Below are positions 26,153 through 34,705 of a stretch of DNA of 64,000 nucleotides, in pieces. The DNA lies in the NCBI GenBank assembly GCA_945902075.1, contig CAMDMA010000003.1, positions 5,022 through 69,021 on the forward strand, given 5' to 3'. Both the position numbers and the translations under genes were made by a program. Each line of letters starts with the position of its first letter. Within the stretch, counting starts at the first letter, position 1. The notes under the pieces are model-generated. The model was not told the origin of the DNA, searched no databases, and worked only from the letters and a program-made list of their open reading frames with translations. The stretch comes from Candidatus Kuenenia stuttgartensis (GTDB taxonomy: Bacteria > Planctomycetota > Phycisphaerae > Phycisphaerales > SM1A02).

Positions 26153-26635
26153 CTAGTGCCCGACAGGTCGCACATGCACGGTTTCGCCGTGCGAAAGTGC
26201 TGGACACGTGCCCGCAATAAACTCCGCTTCTTGGGCGTTTTTCACCTCAATGATGAAATAGCCGGTGAGACTTTGCGCGGTCAGGTCGAGTGGATATGCC
26301 TCGGGTACAGCTTTCGCGTCAAGCGCAATGAGCACGCCGCCGCGCCCAATCGCATTTCCGTCCTTCAGAATCCCCTTTGAGCGAAGGTCGCGAACCCAAA
26401 GCCCGTACCGCTTCAACAAACTATCGCGTTGGGCGGGTGGTAGTTGATTCCAAGCGTCATTCCGTTCGTACATGAGTATGGCGAACTGGGTCCGTCCCGG
26501 AGAAGCCAAGTTTGTGGTGCTTACGCTCGTCGAGTGAACGGGCGGCGTCGCCGAACATGCAGCTAGCAAAACCGAGGAGCCAAGAATCAGGCAACGGAAC
26601 GAATGTTGTAACTTTGAAAAATGGAGTCGTTTCAT
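26153..26635 (-). CDS. YCII-related domain lipoprotein
   Basis: ATG 26635 gives MKRLHF..LLAAC (lipobox-like). The body (FAILMYE..LTGYFIIEVKNAQEAEFIAGTCP..ETVHVRPV) fits the YciI-like pattern. The ORF-track start at 26818 is an over-extension. Confidence 0.6.
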   Translation of the reverse strand: MKRLHFSKLQHSFRCLILGSSVLLAACSATPPVHSTSVSTTNLASPGRTQFAILMYERNDAWNQLPPAQRDSLLKRYGLWVRDLRSKGILKDGNAIGRGGVLIALDAKAVPEAYPLDLTAQSLTGYFIIEVKNAQEAEFIAGTCPALSHGETVHVRPVGH

Positions 26636-26688
26636 GGTGAAAGACGCGAATTGCAGTGTGGCACCGCGCACTGCAGAATTTAGAAACG

Positions 26689-28059
26689 CTACATCCGCGA
26701 CGAGGCTGTTGGCCGCCTTGCGAGGAGAGGACGTACGGCGAGGAGAACGACGACCGTGACCAACGACGCAGCGATCGCAAACCAACCTCCGGTGATCACG
26801 CTTGCGACGACAGTCCATGCAGCAAGTGCGAGGTAGACGATCGGAGTAAATGGGTAAAGCGGTACGCGAAACGGCCGAGGCGTGTCCGGCATCGTGCGTC
26901 GGAGTACCAACACTGCTGCAACGGAGAGTGAACTGAAAATGTTCACGAGCACTGTGAGCATGTCAAGAATCTGCCCGAGCGAGCCGAGACCGAGTGACGC
27001 AAGGCTAAGGAGCGCAACAACAGTAAGCCCGCGAAGCGGCACTCCATTTGCGCGCCGAACTCCCATCCATGCGGGAATCTCGCCAGCATGCGCCATCGAT
27101 TCGAGAATACGCGCCGCTGTGATCATGCCGGAAACAACGGTGGAAAAAAGGAGTAACGCGATCGCCGCGGTCATCAAGGCACCGATGCGCTCGCCGAAGA
27201 GGAGAGTCGCTGCGACGGAGCCGATCGCCTTCATTCCGCCCCCGTTCGGGTCGGTCATTGCTTGAGGGTCAATGACGCGTAGGTACGCGAGATTCACGCC
27301 GATATAGAGCACGAAGACGATCACAATCGATGCAGTAATCGCGAGCGGAACGTTGCGCCCCGGCCGTTTGATGTCGCCAGCGATGTCTGCGCCAGTTGAC
27401 CAACCGAGGTACGCAAAACTCACCGCCAGTGTCGCGTTTGCGACAGCGGGGGAGAGAAGACCTGGGGCGTTGGTCACGGTCTCGACAGGAGCTTCGAGGC
27501 GCGCGCTGATCGGTACGAGTAACCCACCGAGTACAAATGCGGCCACAACGCCAATCTTGACGATCGACAGCGCGGTGTTGACCGCGTATCCAGCGCGGAG
27601 TCCTGGAATCTGCGAAGCGAAGGCGATGACAATTGCGGCAATCGCGATGGTGTGGTCTGAGAGGTCGGCAACGACAAGTCGGTCGACATACTCCGCGAGA
27701 AACAGACCAACAACGGCAATCGACAGCAGGTAACCAGAGAGAATGGTCACCATCGCGACGAGGTAGCCAGTCGTACTTCCAAATGCGCGGCGTGCGAACT
27801 CCACGCTTCCGCCGGAGCAGGGGATCATCGCTCCAAGTTCTGCAAGCGACAGTCCACCACAGAGCGCAAGGAGGCCACCAATCACCCACGGTGCCAAAAG
27901 GTTCGTTGGCGTTCCAACGTCTGCACCGAATTGGCCTGTGATCGCAAAGATTCCGCTGCCAACCATCGAAGCGACAATAATGCCCGTCGCTCCCACTGCG
28001 CCGATCACACGGAAGCGCTCATTCGATTGCCCGGCGGAACTCACGCCGGCAACCTGCAC
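26689..28059 (-). CDS. APC-superfamily amino acid/polyamine permease
   Basis: 456 aa, about 12 TM helices, with the N-terminal motif GSGIFAITG. Confidence 0.8.
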   Translation of the reverse strand: MQVAGVSSAGQSNERFRVIGAVGATGIIVASMVGSGIFAITGQFGADVGTPTNLLAPWVIGGLLALCGGLSLAELGAMIPCSGGSVEFARRAFGSTTGYLVAMVTILSGYLLSIAVVGLFLAEYVDRLVVADLSDHTIAIAAIVIAFASQIPGLRAGYAVNTALSIVKIGVVAAFVLGGLLVPISARLEAPVETVTNAPGLLSPAVANATLAVSFAYLGWSTGADIAGDIKRPGRNVPLAITASIVIVFVLYIGVNLAYLRVIDPQAMTDPNGGGMKAIGSVAATLLFGERIGALMTAAIALLLFSTVVSGMITAARILESMAHAGEIPAWMGVRRANGVPLRGLTVVALLSLASLGLGSLGQILDMLTVLVNIFSSLSVAAVLVLRRTMPDTPRPFRVPLYPFTPIVYLALAAWTVVASVITGGWFAIAASLVTVVVLLAVRPLLARRPTASSRM

Positions 28060-28667
28060 GATGGTTCGAGAGCGCGGACCTCATCCACCATTGGAGTGAG
28101 GTCTCGAAGCAGGCCGTCCGCCACATCGTAGATCCAGCCGTGAACCTTCACGCCATGCTGACGCGCGGCGAGGAGGATCGGGGACTCTCGCACATGCACG
28201 ACTTGCACGGCGACATTGAGTTCGCAGAGCCTTCGAGACTGTGCAATGGCCGTCGGCTCACGTTCGATTTCGTCTTTGTAAAACTTCGCGATGTCGCGGA
28301 CATGGCGGATCCAGTGGTCGACGACACGGCCCTCGGTTGGCGCGAGCGCTGCGTTTACGCCGCCGCATCCGTAGTGTCCGCAGACGATGATGTCCTCGAT
28401 CTTGAGGACATTCACGGCAAAATCGAGCACCGAGAGGCAGTTGAGGTCGCTGTGGACGACGAGATTCGCCACATTCCGGTGGACGAACACTTCGCCTGGT
28501 GGAAGTCCAATGATTTCATTCGCTGGGACTCGGCTATCGGCGCAACCGATCCACAAGTAGCGAGGCTTCTGCTGCGATGCGAGGCTTTCAAAAAAGCCGG
28601 GGCGCTCGCGTTCCATACGCTCAGCCCACGCGCGGTTGTTGTCGAGGAGGTTCAGCAAACCAGGCAT
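28041..28667 (-). CDS. can: Beta-class carbonic anhydrase (Can/CynT-like, cytoplasmic)
   Basis: MPGLLNLLDNNRAWA..YLWIGCADSRVPANEI..FVHRNVANLV..VCGHYGCGGV. ATG 28667 was chosen. Its 3' end overlaps the permease start by 19 nt. Confidence 0.85.
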   Translation of the reverse strand: MPGLLNLLDNNRAWAERMERERPGFFESLASQQKPRYLWIGCADSRVPANEIIGLPPGEVFVHRNVANLVVHSDLNCLSVLDFAVNVLKIEDIIVCGHYGCGGVNAALAPTEGRVVDHWIRHVRDIAKFYKDEIEREPTAIAQSRRLCELNVAVQVVHVRESPILLAARQHGVKVHGWIYDVADGLLRDLTPMVDEVRALEPSCRLPA

Positions 28668-28751
28668 TCCAACATCGTAGTGGAAACTCCGCGCATTTCG
28701 AACCCTTCGGCCTGTGAACAGGCATGGCCAACTGTTTCCGAAGTGGCCGAA

Positions 28752-29954
28752 ATGGCGTACTCTTATCGAATGGCTTCGCATTTGCCCGCGTTTCTCATCG
28801 AACGGCTCTCGCGGCTCGAGATTGAGATCCCCACTTGGGGCTTTGCGGATACCGGTACGCGTTTCGGCAAGTTTCTACAGGATGCAGCGGCGCTCACGAT
28901 TGAAGATAAGCTCGACGATGCGGCGCAGGTGCACCGACTCACTGGCTCGTGCCCAGCGGTCGCGATCCATGCACTCTGGGACATTCCGGTGGATGGCGCA
29001 GCGTTTCTCAGCGCAGCGGTGAGGGCTCGCGGACTTCGTGTCGGCTCGATCAATCCGAATGTCTTTGAGGGTCAGTGCTACAAGCATGGTTCGATCGCAA
29101 ACGAGGATGCCTCGGTGCGAAAGGTCGCGATTGATCACATTGTCGAGTCGTGCGCACTCGGTCGTACGCTCGGTTCGCGTGCCCTCACGCTCTGGTTTGC
29201 CGACGGAACCAACTATCCAGGACAGGGAAGCTTTGCGCGTCGGAAGCGATGGTTCATGGATGCGCTCCGCGAGGTGCATAGTCACGTGGCGAGTGATGCG
29301 CAGATGCTTGTCGAGTACAAGCCGTTTGAACCAGCGTTCTATCACACCGACATCGCCGATTGGGGAATGGCGTATGTGCTCGCGAAACACGCGGGACCGC
29401 GTGCGAAAGTTCTCGTCGATATCGGGCATCATTTGCCAGGACAGAATGTCGAGCACATTGTGTCCTTCCTCGCAGATGAAGACATGCTTGGTGGATTTCA
29501 TTTCAATGATCGTCACTATGCTGACGATGATCTCACTACGGGATCCATTGATCCCTATCGCGTTTTCCGCATTTTTGTTGCAATTGCTGAGGCGGAGCGC
29601 GCGCTTGGGCGCGATCTGCCAATTGAGTACATGATTGATCAGTCCCACAACGTGAAGCCGAAGATTGAGGCGATGATCCAGACAGTGACAACGGTACAGG
29701 AGCTGTTTGCGAAGGCACTACTCGTTGATCTCGGCACGCTCAATGCAGCACGAGAACTCAATGATGTTGTTGCTGCTGAGGAATGTATGAAGAGTGCATT
29801 CGCGATTGATGTGCGTGAAGCACTCGGCGAGTGGCGAGTTGGACGCGGATTGCCGCGTGATCCGCTTGTCGCACATCGCGGATCAGGCTACGAAGCTGCA
29901 GCTGCAGCAGATCGCATTGCGCGAAAGCGAACGTTCGGAGGTTCTTACGCATGA
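28752..29954 (+). CDS. L-rhamnose isomerase-like sugar isomerase (xylose-isomerase-like TIM barrel)
   Basis: The ORF-track entry 28140..29954 runs antisense through can, so the real start is taken as ATG 28752 (GTG 28743 and ATG 28770 are alternatives). IEIPTWGFADTGTRFGKF and the rhamnose gene context support the call. Confidence 0.65.
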   Translation: MAYSYRMASHLPAFLIERLSRLEIEIPTWGFADTGTRFGKFLQDAAALTIEDKLDDAAQVHRLTGSCPAVAIHALWDIPVDGAAFLSAAVRARGLRVGSINPNVFEGQCYKHGSIANEDASVRKVAIDHIVESCALGRTLGSRALTLWFADGTNYPGQGSFARRKRWFMDALREVHSHVASDAQMLVEYKPFEPAFYHTDIADWGMAYVLAKHAGPRAKVLVDIGHHLPGQNVEHIVSFLADEDMLGGFHFNDRHYADDDLTTGSIDPYRVFRIFVAIAEAERALGRDLPIEYMIDQSHNVKPKIEAMIQTVTTVQELFAKALLVDLGTLNAARELNDVVAAEECMKSAFAIDVREALGEWRVGRGLPRDPLVAHRGSGYEAAAAADRIARKRTFGGSYA

Positions 29955-31441
29955 GAAGCACGCGGCGTTACATCTCAATCGATCTTGGAGCGTCAAGCGG
30001 GCGTGTCGTTGAGGTCCGTGTCGGAGCAGACACGCTTGATGTTCGTGAGCTGCACCGATTTTCAAACGCGCCCGTTGCAGCACATCGGTCGGGCTCTGTG
30101 CGCTTGTGCTGGCCATTCGAGTCGATATTCGAGTCCATCCTAGAGGGGCTTCGCATCGCTGCCGATGGCGGCGCAGTTGATTCGATTGGGATTGATTCGT
30201 GGGCGGTTGACTATGCGCTTGTGGACGAGGACGGCGAACTCGTGCGGCCGATCGCTGCGTATCGAGATCCGCGCACGCAAGAGCCGTCACGATCACTTCG
30301 TGCGCGTATCGGTGATTCCGAAATTTATGAAGCGACAGGAATTGCGTTTCAGCCATTCAACACGCTCTATCAACTCGCGGCCGATGCAGAAGATCCGCTC
30401 GCTCCGCTTGAGCGCGCACATCGACTGTTGCTGGTGCCAGACTTCATCGCTTTTCGCCTCTGTGGAGCGATGACTTCAGAACGAACCAACGCAAGTTCAA
30501 CGCAGATGCTGGATGCGCGCACGCGCAAATGGAATACGCGTCTGGTTGAAGCTGCCGGCGCACCCTTGCGCATTCTTGCGCCACTTGTTGATGCGGGAAG
30601 TGTAGAGCCGCTCGGCACGATCCTTAGTGAGATCGCCGATGAAACAGGTCTCGATCAAGAAACGCGAGTCGTCGCGACGGCGACACACGACACCGCAGCG
30701 GCGGTACTCGCCGCGCCCATCAACCCAAAACACGATCTCTTTGTCTCAAGCGGAACATGGTCGCTCGTGGGCGCCGAATTGCAGCGACCCATTCTTTCAG
30801 AAGAGGCTCGTGAGGCGAACGTCACCAACGAACTTGGTGCATTTGGCTCCGTTCGATTTCTTCGCAACGTCGCAGGACTTTGGCTCGTACAGCAATGCGA
30901 AGAATCGTTCGCGAGGGCGGGTCGTCGTCGGTCATGGGCTGAACTTGCGGAGCTTGCGGCTGCAGAGCCAGGGCTTGCGAGCATCATTGATCCCGACGAT
31001 CCAGCGCTCTTTGAGCCTGGTGATATGCCGACACGCATTCGTGCCGCATGTGCAAGTCGAGGTGAGCGTGAGCCTCTTGATGACGGTGCGCTCGTGCGTT
31101 GCGCGCTCGATAGCATCGCCATCGCAACCGCGCGTGCTGTGCGCGATATCGTGCGTCTTGCGTCGATCGATGCCCGCCGTATTGTTGTGGTTGGAGGCGG
31201 CAGCGCGAATGATTTGCTCAATCAACTTATCGCCGATGCGACTGGACTTCCCGTAGAAACTGGTCCGAGGGAAGCTTCGGCGATCGGAAACGCTCTTATG
31301 CAACATGCAGCCGCCGAGGAAGTCACGTCCGCTGCGCCGCTCCGTGCGATGGTGCGCGCGGCGTTTCCGATGCGCGAGTTTCGACCTGATCCTCGAATGA
31401 CGGAACGTATTCGTGCCGCTGAATCGCGCGTGTATCAATAG
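29951..31441 (+). CDS. rhaB: Rhamnulokinase (FGGY carbohydrate kinase family)
   Basis: ISIDLGASSGRVV.., GIDSWAVDYALVD, and a C-terminal VVGGGSANDLLNQLIADATG. The start overlaps the upstream stop (ATGA). Confidence 0.8.
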   Translation: MRSTRRYISIDLGASSGRVVEVRVGADTLDVRELHRFSNAPVAAHRSGSVRLCWPFESIFESILEGLRIAADGGAVDSIGIDSWAVDYALVDEDGELVRPIAAYRDPRTQEPSRSLRARIGDSEIYEATGIAFQPFNTLYQLAADAEDPLAPLERAHRLLLVPDFIAFRLCGAMTSERTNASSTQMLDARTRKWNTRLVEAAGAPLRILAPLVDAGSVEPLGTILSEIADETGLDQETRVVATATHDTAAAVLAAPINPKHDLFVSSGTWSLVGAELQRPILSEEAREANVTNELGAFGSVRFLRNVAGLWLVQQCEESFARAGRRRSWAELAELAAAEPGLASIIDPDDPALFEPGDMPTRIRAACASRGEREPLDDGALVRCALDSIAIATARAVRDIVRLASIDARRIVVVGGGSANDLLNQLIADATGLPVETGPREASAIGNALMQHAAAEEVTSAAPLRAMVRAAFPMREFRPDPRMTERIRAAESRVYQ

Positions 31442-31508
31442 CCGGTTTCCTGAGCCTCTCCCAAATTCTCGTCCCAATCACGATCGTCCTGTCGCACTCG
31501 AGCCTTCG

Positions 31509-33698
31509 ATGACTATCGCTACCACGCCGACCTTCGTCACCCGCACCTGGAACAACAGCGATGCATCAAAGCTCGACCCTGTTGGTCTTCTTGTCTATCG
31601 ATCTAATCGTCTCGGCGATGATCAACGGGTGACGAACACTGGTGGTGGAAACACGTCGAGTAAGACCGAGGAAAAAGATCCGCTGTCAGGCCGCATGGAG
31701 CGCGTGCTTTGGGTGAAGGGTTCGGGCGGCGATCTGCGAACCGCGGGACGTGAGTTTTTCTCGTCGCTGTCTATGGTGAAGCTTGAGCAACTCAAGTCGG
31801 TGTATGCCGCACAATCCACGCGCGGGATAAAGACGCAAGCAGAAGACGACATGGTTGATCTCTACCGTCACTGCACTTGGAACCTCAATCCGCGCGCGAC
31901 CTCAATTGATACTCCTCTCCACGCGTTCGTTCCTCGCGCGCATGTTGACCACACCCACCCGAATGCGCTCATCGCTATCGCGGCATGTACGCGCGGTGAG
32001 GAGATCATGCGTGAAGTCTTCGGTACGCAACTGGAATGGCTTCCGTGGATGCGTCCGGGCTTTGAGCTTGGGCTCGCACTCGAGAAGCTCTGCAAGGATC
32101 ATCCCACCGCAGACGGTGCAATCATGGGTCAGCATGGGCTCATCAATTGGTCGGATGATCCGGTGAAGTGCTACGACCTGACGCTTACGCTCATTTCCCG
32201 AGCGGCTGAGTATCTCGCAGCACACGACAAGGGTGATCATACTTTCGGCGGCCAGCGGATTGCGCCGGTTTCAGAGGACAAACGACGCGCGCTCCTCGTG
32301 CAATTCCTCCCCTTTCTGCGAGGGAAGGTCTCGTCGCGTCGCCGCATGATTGCGACCGTGCAGCATGATGATGCGATGCTGCGGTTTGTCTCGAGCCACG
32401 ATGCTGCGCGCTTGGCCGAGCTCGGCACCTCTTGTCCGGATCACTTCCTCCGCACCAAAATCAAGCCACTTCTCATTGACTTTGATCCGCACGTCGGCTC
32501 GTTCGCGGAACTTTGCGCGAAGACCGAAGCTGGGCTTGTGCAGTATGTAAAGGATTACGCAGCGTATTACGACGCATGCAAGCATCCAGATAGTCCTGCG
32601 ATGCGCGCGCCTGAGCCGACCGTCATTCTCATTCCCGGAGTTGGAATGATCGCCTGGGGTTCGTCAAAGTCAGAAAGCCGCACAACTGCAGAGTTCTACC
32701 GCTGTGCGGTGGAAGTCATGCGCGGTGCTGAAAGTATCGGCGGGTATCGGGCGCTTCCGCGGCAAGAGGCATTTGACATCGAATACTGGCGCCTTGAGGA
32801 AGCAAAACTGCAGCGGATGCCGAAGCCCAAGCCGCTCGCAGGCCACATTGCGGTGATCGTGGGCGCAGGAAGCGGAATCGGTCGCGTTTCAGCAGGTTCG
32901 TTTGCTGCTGATGATGCGTGTGTTGCATGTGTCGATCTCGACGCAAAGGCTGCAGAAGCGGCGGCGAAAGAGCTTGAGAAGTCGATCGGTACGGGGATTG
33001 GTGTTGCAGGAAGTGGGATCTCAGCGTGCGGTCCGGCGATCGCACTTGCCTGTGATGCGACCGATCGCCTTGCCGTACGAAAGACATTCGATGACATCGT
33101 GCTTGCATACGGCGGTATTGACGAACTCGTGGTGACAGCAGGTCTTTTTCCAACGCCAGGTGCAGATGGCCGTACGAGCGATGTCGACTTCATGCGTGCG
33201 ATGCAAGTGAATGTGCTTGCACCTGCGATGCTGATCGAGGAAGCAGCCGCAACGATGATGCCACAAAAGCTTGCTTGTTCAGCGGTGGTGACGACCAGCG
33301 TCAACGCGGTCGTCGCGAAGAAGGGGTCAAGTGCGTATGACGCATCGAAGGCCGCGGCGAATCACTTGGTGCGATCGTTTGCTGTGACATACGCGCCATT
33401 TGTGCGCGTGAACGCTGTCGCACCTGCAACAGTCATCGAAGGTAGCACGATGTTCCCGCGTGCACGGGTGTTGGCGAGCCTTCGAAAGTATGCGATCGCG
33501 CACGACGAATCGATGACGGATGCTCAGCTCGTCGAATGTCTGGGGCGCTTCTATGCCGAGCGCACATTACTCAAGACGACCATCACACCGCGAGATCAAG
33601 CGGCTGCGATCCGATTCCTCGCGGGTCCGGAAAGTTCGCGCACCACTGGTCAGGTTCTCCATGTTGATGGCGGACTCGCGGATGCGTTCTTGCGATGA
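31509..33698 (+). CDS. Bifunctional rhamnulose-1-phosphate aldolase / short-chain dehydrogenase (RhaEW-type)
   Basis: The N-terminal class II aldolase-like region has NTGGGNTSSK and the HVDHTH metal site. The C-terminal SDR has VIVGAGSGIGR and Y..SKAA. ATG 31509 was chosen. Confidence 0.8.
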   Translation: MTIATTPTFVTRTWNNSDASKLDPVGLLVYRSNRLGDDQRVTNTGGGNTSSKTEEKDPLSGRMERVLWVKGSGGDLRTAGREFFSSLSMVKLEQLKSVYAAQSTRGIKTQAEDDMVDLYRHCTWNLNPRATSIDTPLHAFVPRAHVDHTHPNALIAIAACTRGEEIMREVFGTQLEWLPWMRPGFELGLALEKLCKDHPTADGAIMGQHGLINWSDDPVKCYDLTLTLISRAAEYLAAHDKGDHTFGGQRIAPVSEDKRRALLVQFLPFLRGKVSSRRRMIATVQHDDAMLRFVSSHDAARLAELGTSCPDHFLRTKIKPLLIDFDPHVGSFAELCAKTEAGLVQYVKDYAAYYDACKHPDSPAMRAPEPTVILIPGVGMIAWGSSKSESRTTAEFYRCAVEVMRGAESIGGYRALPRQEAFDIEYWRLEEAKLQRMPKPKPLAGHIAVIVGAGSGIGRVSAGSFAADDACVACVDLDAKAAEAAAKELEKSIGTGIGVAGSGISACGPAIALACDATDRLAVRKTFDDIVLAYGGIDELVVTAGLFPTPGADGRTSDVDFMRAMQVNVLAPAMLIEEAAATMMPQKLACSAVVTTSVNAVVAKKGSSAYDASKAAANHLVRSFAVTYAPFVRVNAVAPATVIEGSTMFPRARVLASLRKYAIAHDESMTDAQLVECLGRFYAERTLLKTTITPRDQAAAIRFLAGPESSRTTGQVLHVDGGLADAFLR

Positions 33699-33708
33699 GG
33701 GCTGCGCG

Positions 33709-34029
33709 ATGAGGCGAGTGTGCTTTGTGTTGCAAGTAAAGCGCGATCGACTCGTCGAGTATCGCATTCGACATCGAGCGGTGTGGCCCGAGATGCTCGC
33801 TGCGCTTTCGCGACATGGCTGGCGCAACTATTCGCTCTTCCTCCGCGACGATGGGTTACTCGTTGGCTATTGCGAAACACCTGACTTTTCGCAGGCGGTC
33901 GCAGGCATGCAGGATGAGGAGGTCAACGCGCGTTGGCAGCGCGAGATGGGAGGTTTCTTCGAATCGTTGCCGGGCGCGGCGGCTGATACATCGATGAGGC
34001 CATTGGAAGAAGTCTTTCACCTGGAATGA
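33709..34029 (+). CDS. rhaM: L-rhamnose mutarotase
   Basis: 106 aa: MRRVCFVLQVKRDRLVEYRIRHRAVWPEMLAAL..GWRNYSLFL..VFHLE. Confidence 0.8.
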   Translation: MRRVCFVLQVKRDRLVEYRIRHRAVWPEMLAALSRHGWRNYSLFLRDDGLLVGYCETPDFSQAVAGMQDEEVNARWQREMGGFFESLPGAAADTSMRPLEEVFHLE

Positions 34030-34705
34030 ACGAAGCCATCGATCGTTGATCGCTGTCCTCGCGTGATTTGACATGCGATCCTGCGCTCAGAATCGTTCAT
34101 TCGACTGACGCATTCCGTTGGGAATATACCACGCGAGTCGCACCTCAATATCACCGTTGCCCTCCCCGGCTAGGAGCAAGAAGTTTCTGACGTTGGCGCT
34201 CCGAACGCCTCATCGGGTGAACAGAACAGAGGGTTGACCCATGAAGGGCCGTGAACCAACCTTCAATTCTCGAGCTTGTTGCGGGAATTTTGGATATGAG
34301 AAACCCATTCGAAACACCGACAGTTCAGAGATTTGAAAGCGATCGCGACGAGCACGAGTGCATCAGTAGAAATGATTGAACTCTCTCAGCCTCGAGCACT
34401 TGATACATATCGCGCGGCATTTCGCGCGGTCATCGACAACGACCGACGCTTCGAATTGGAATGCCGCCTTGAAGCGAAGTCGATCAAGGTGAACGAATCC
34501 TCACGCGGTTACGAAGTCGAAAATTGCCGCGTCGACCAGGAGCCCACCACCTCAAATCACAACGCATAGCCCACGCGGACGCGCCACACACAACTTCTCC
34601 CAAGGGCGAGCGATCAACGATGCTCGACGTCGACCTGAAATCACCTCGAGCGTCGATATCAGCAGCGACCATCTCAGATACAGAGCGATCGCATATCAAA
34701 GCAGT

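Noticed and set aside
28140-28751. 5' 200 codons of ORF 28140..29954 (+)
   Set aside because: This part is antisense to the well-supported carbonic anhydrase gene (28041..28667). Isomerase-like sequence only begins around 28752. It is treated as an ORF over-extension. The same logic was applied to the 5' ends of ORFs 43591, 54498, 17451, 8160, 14289(-), 26818(-), 28781(-), 40588(-) and 52854(-).
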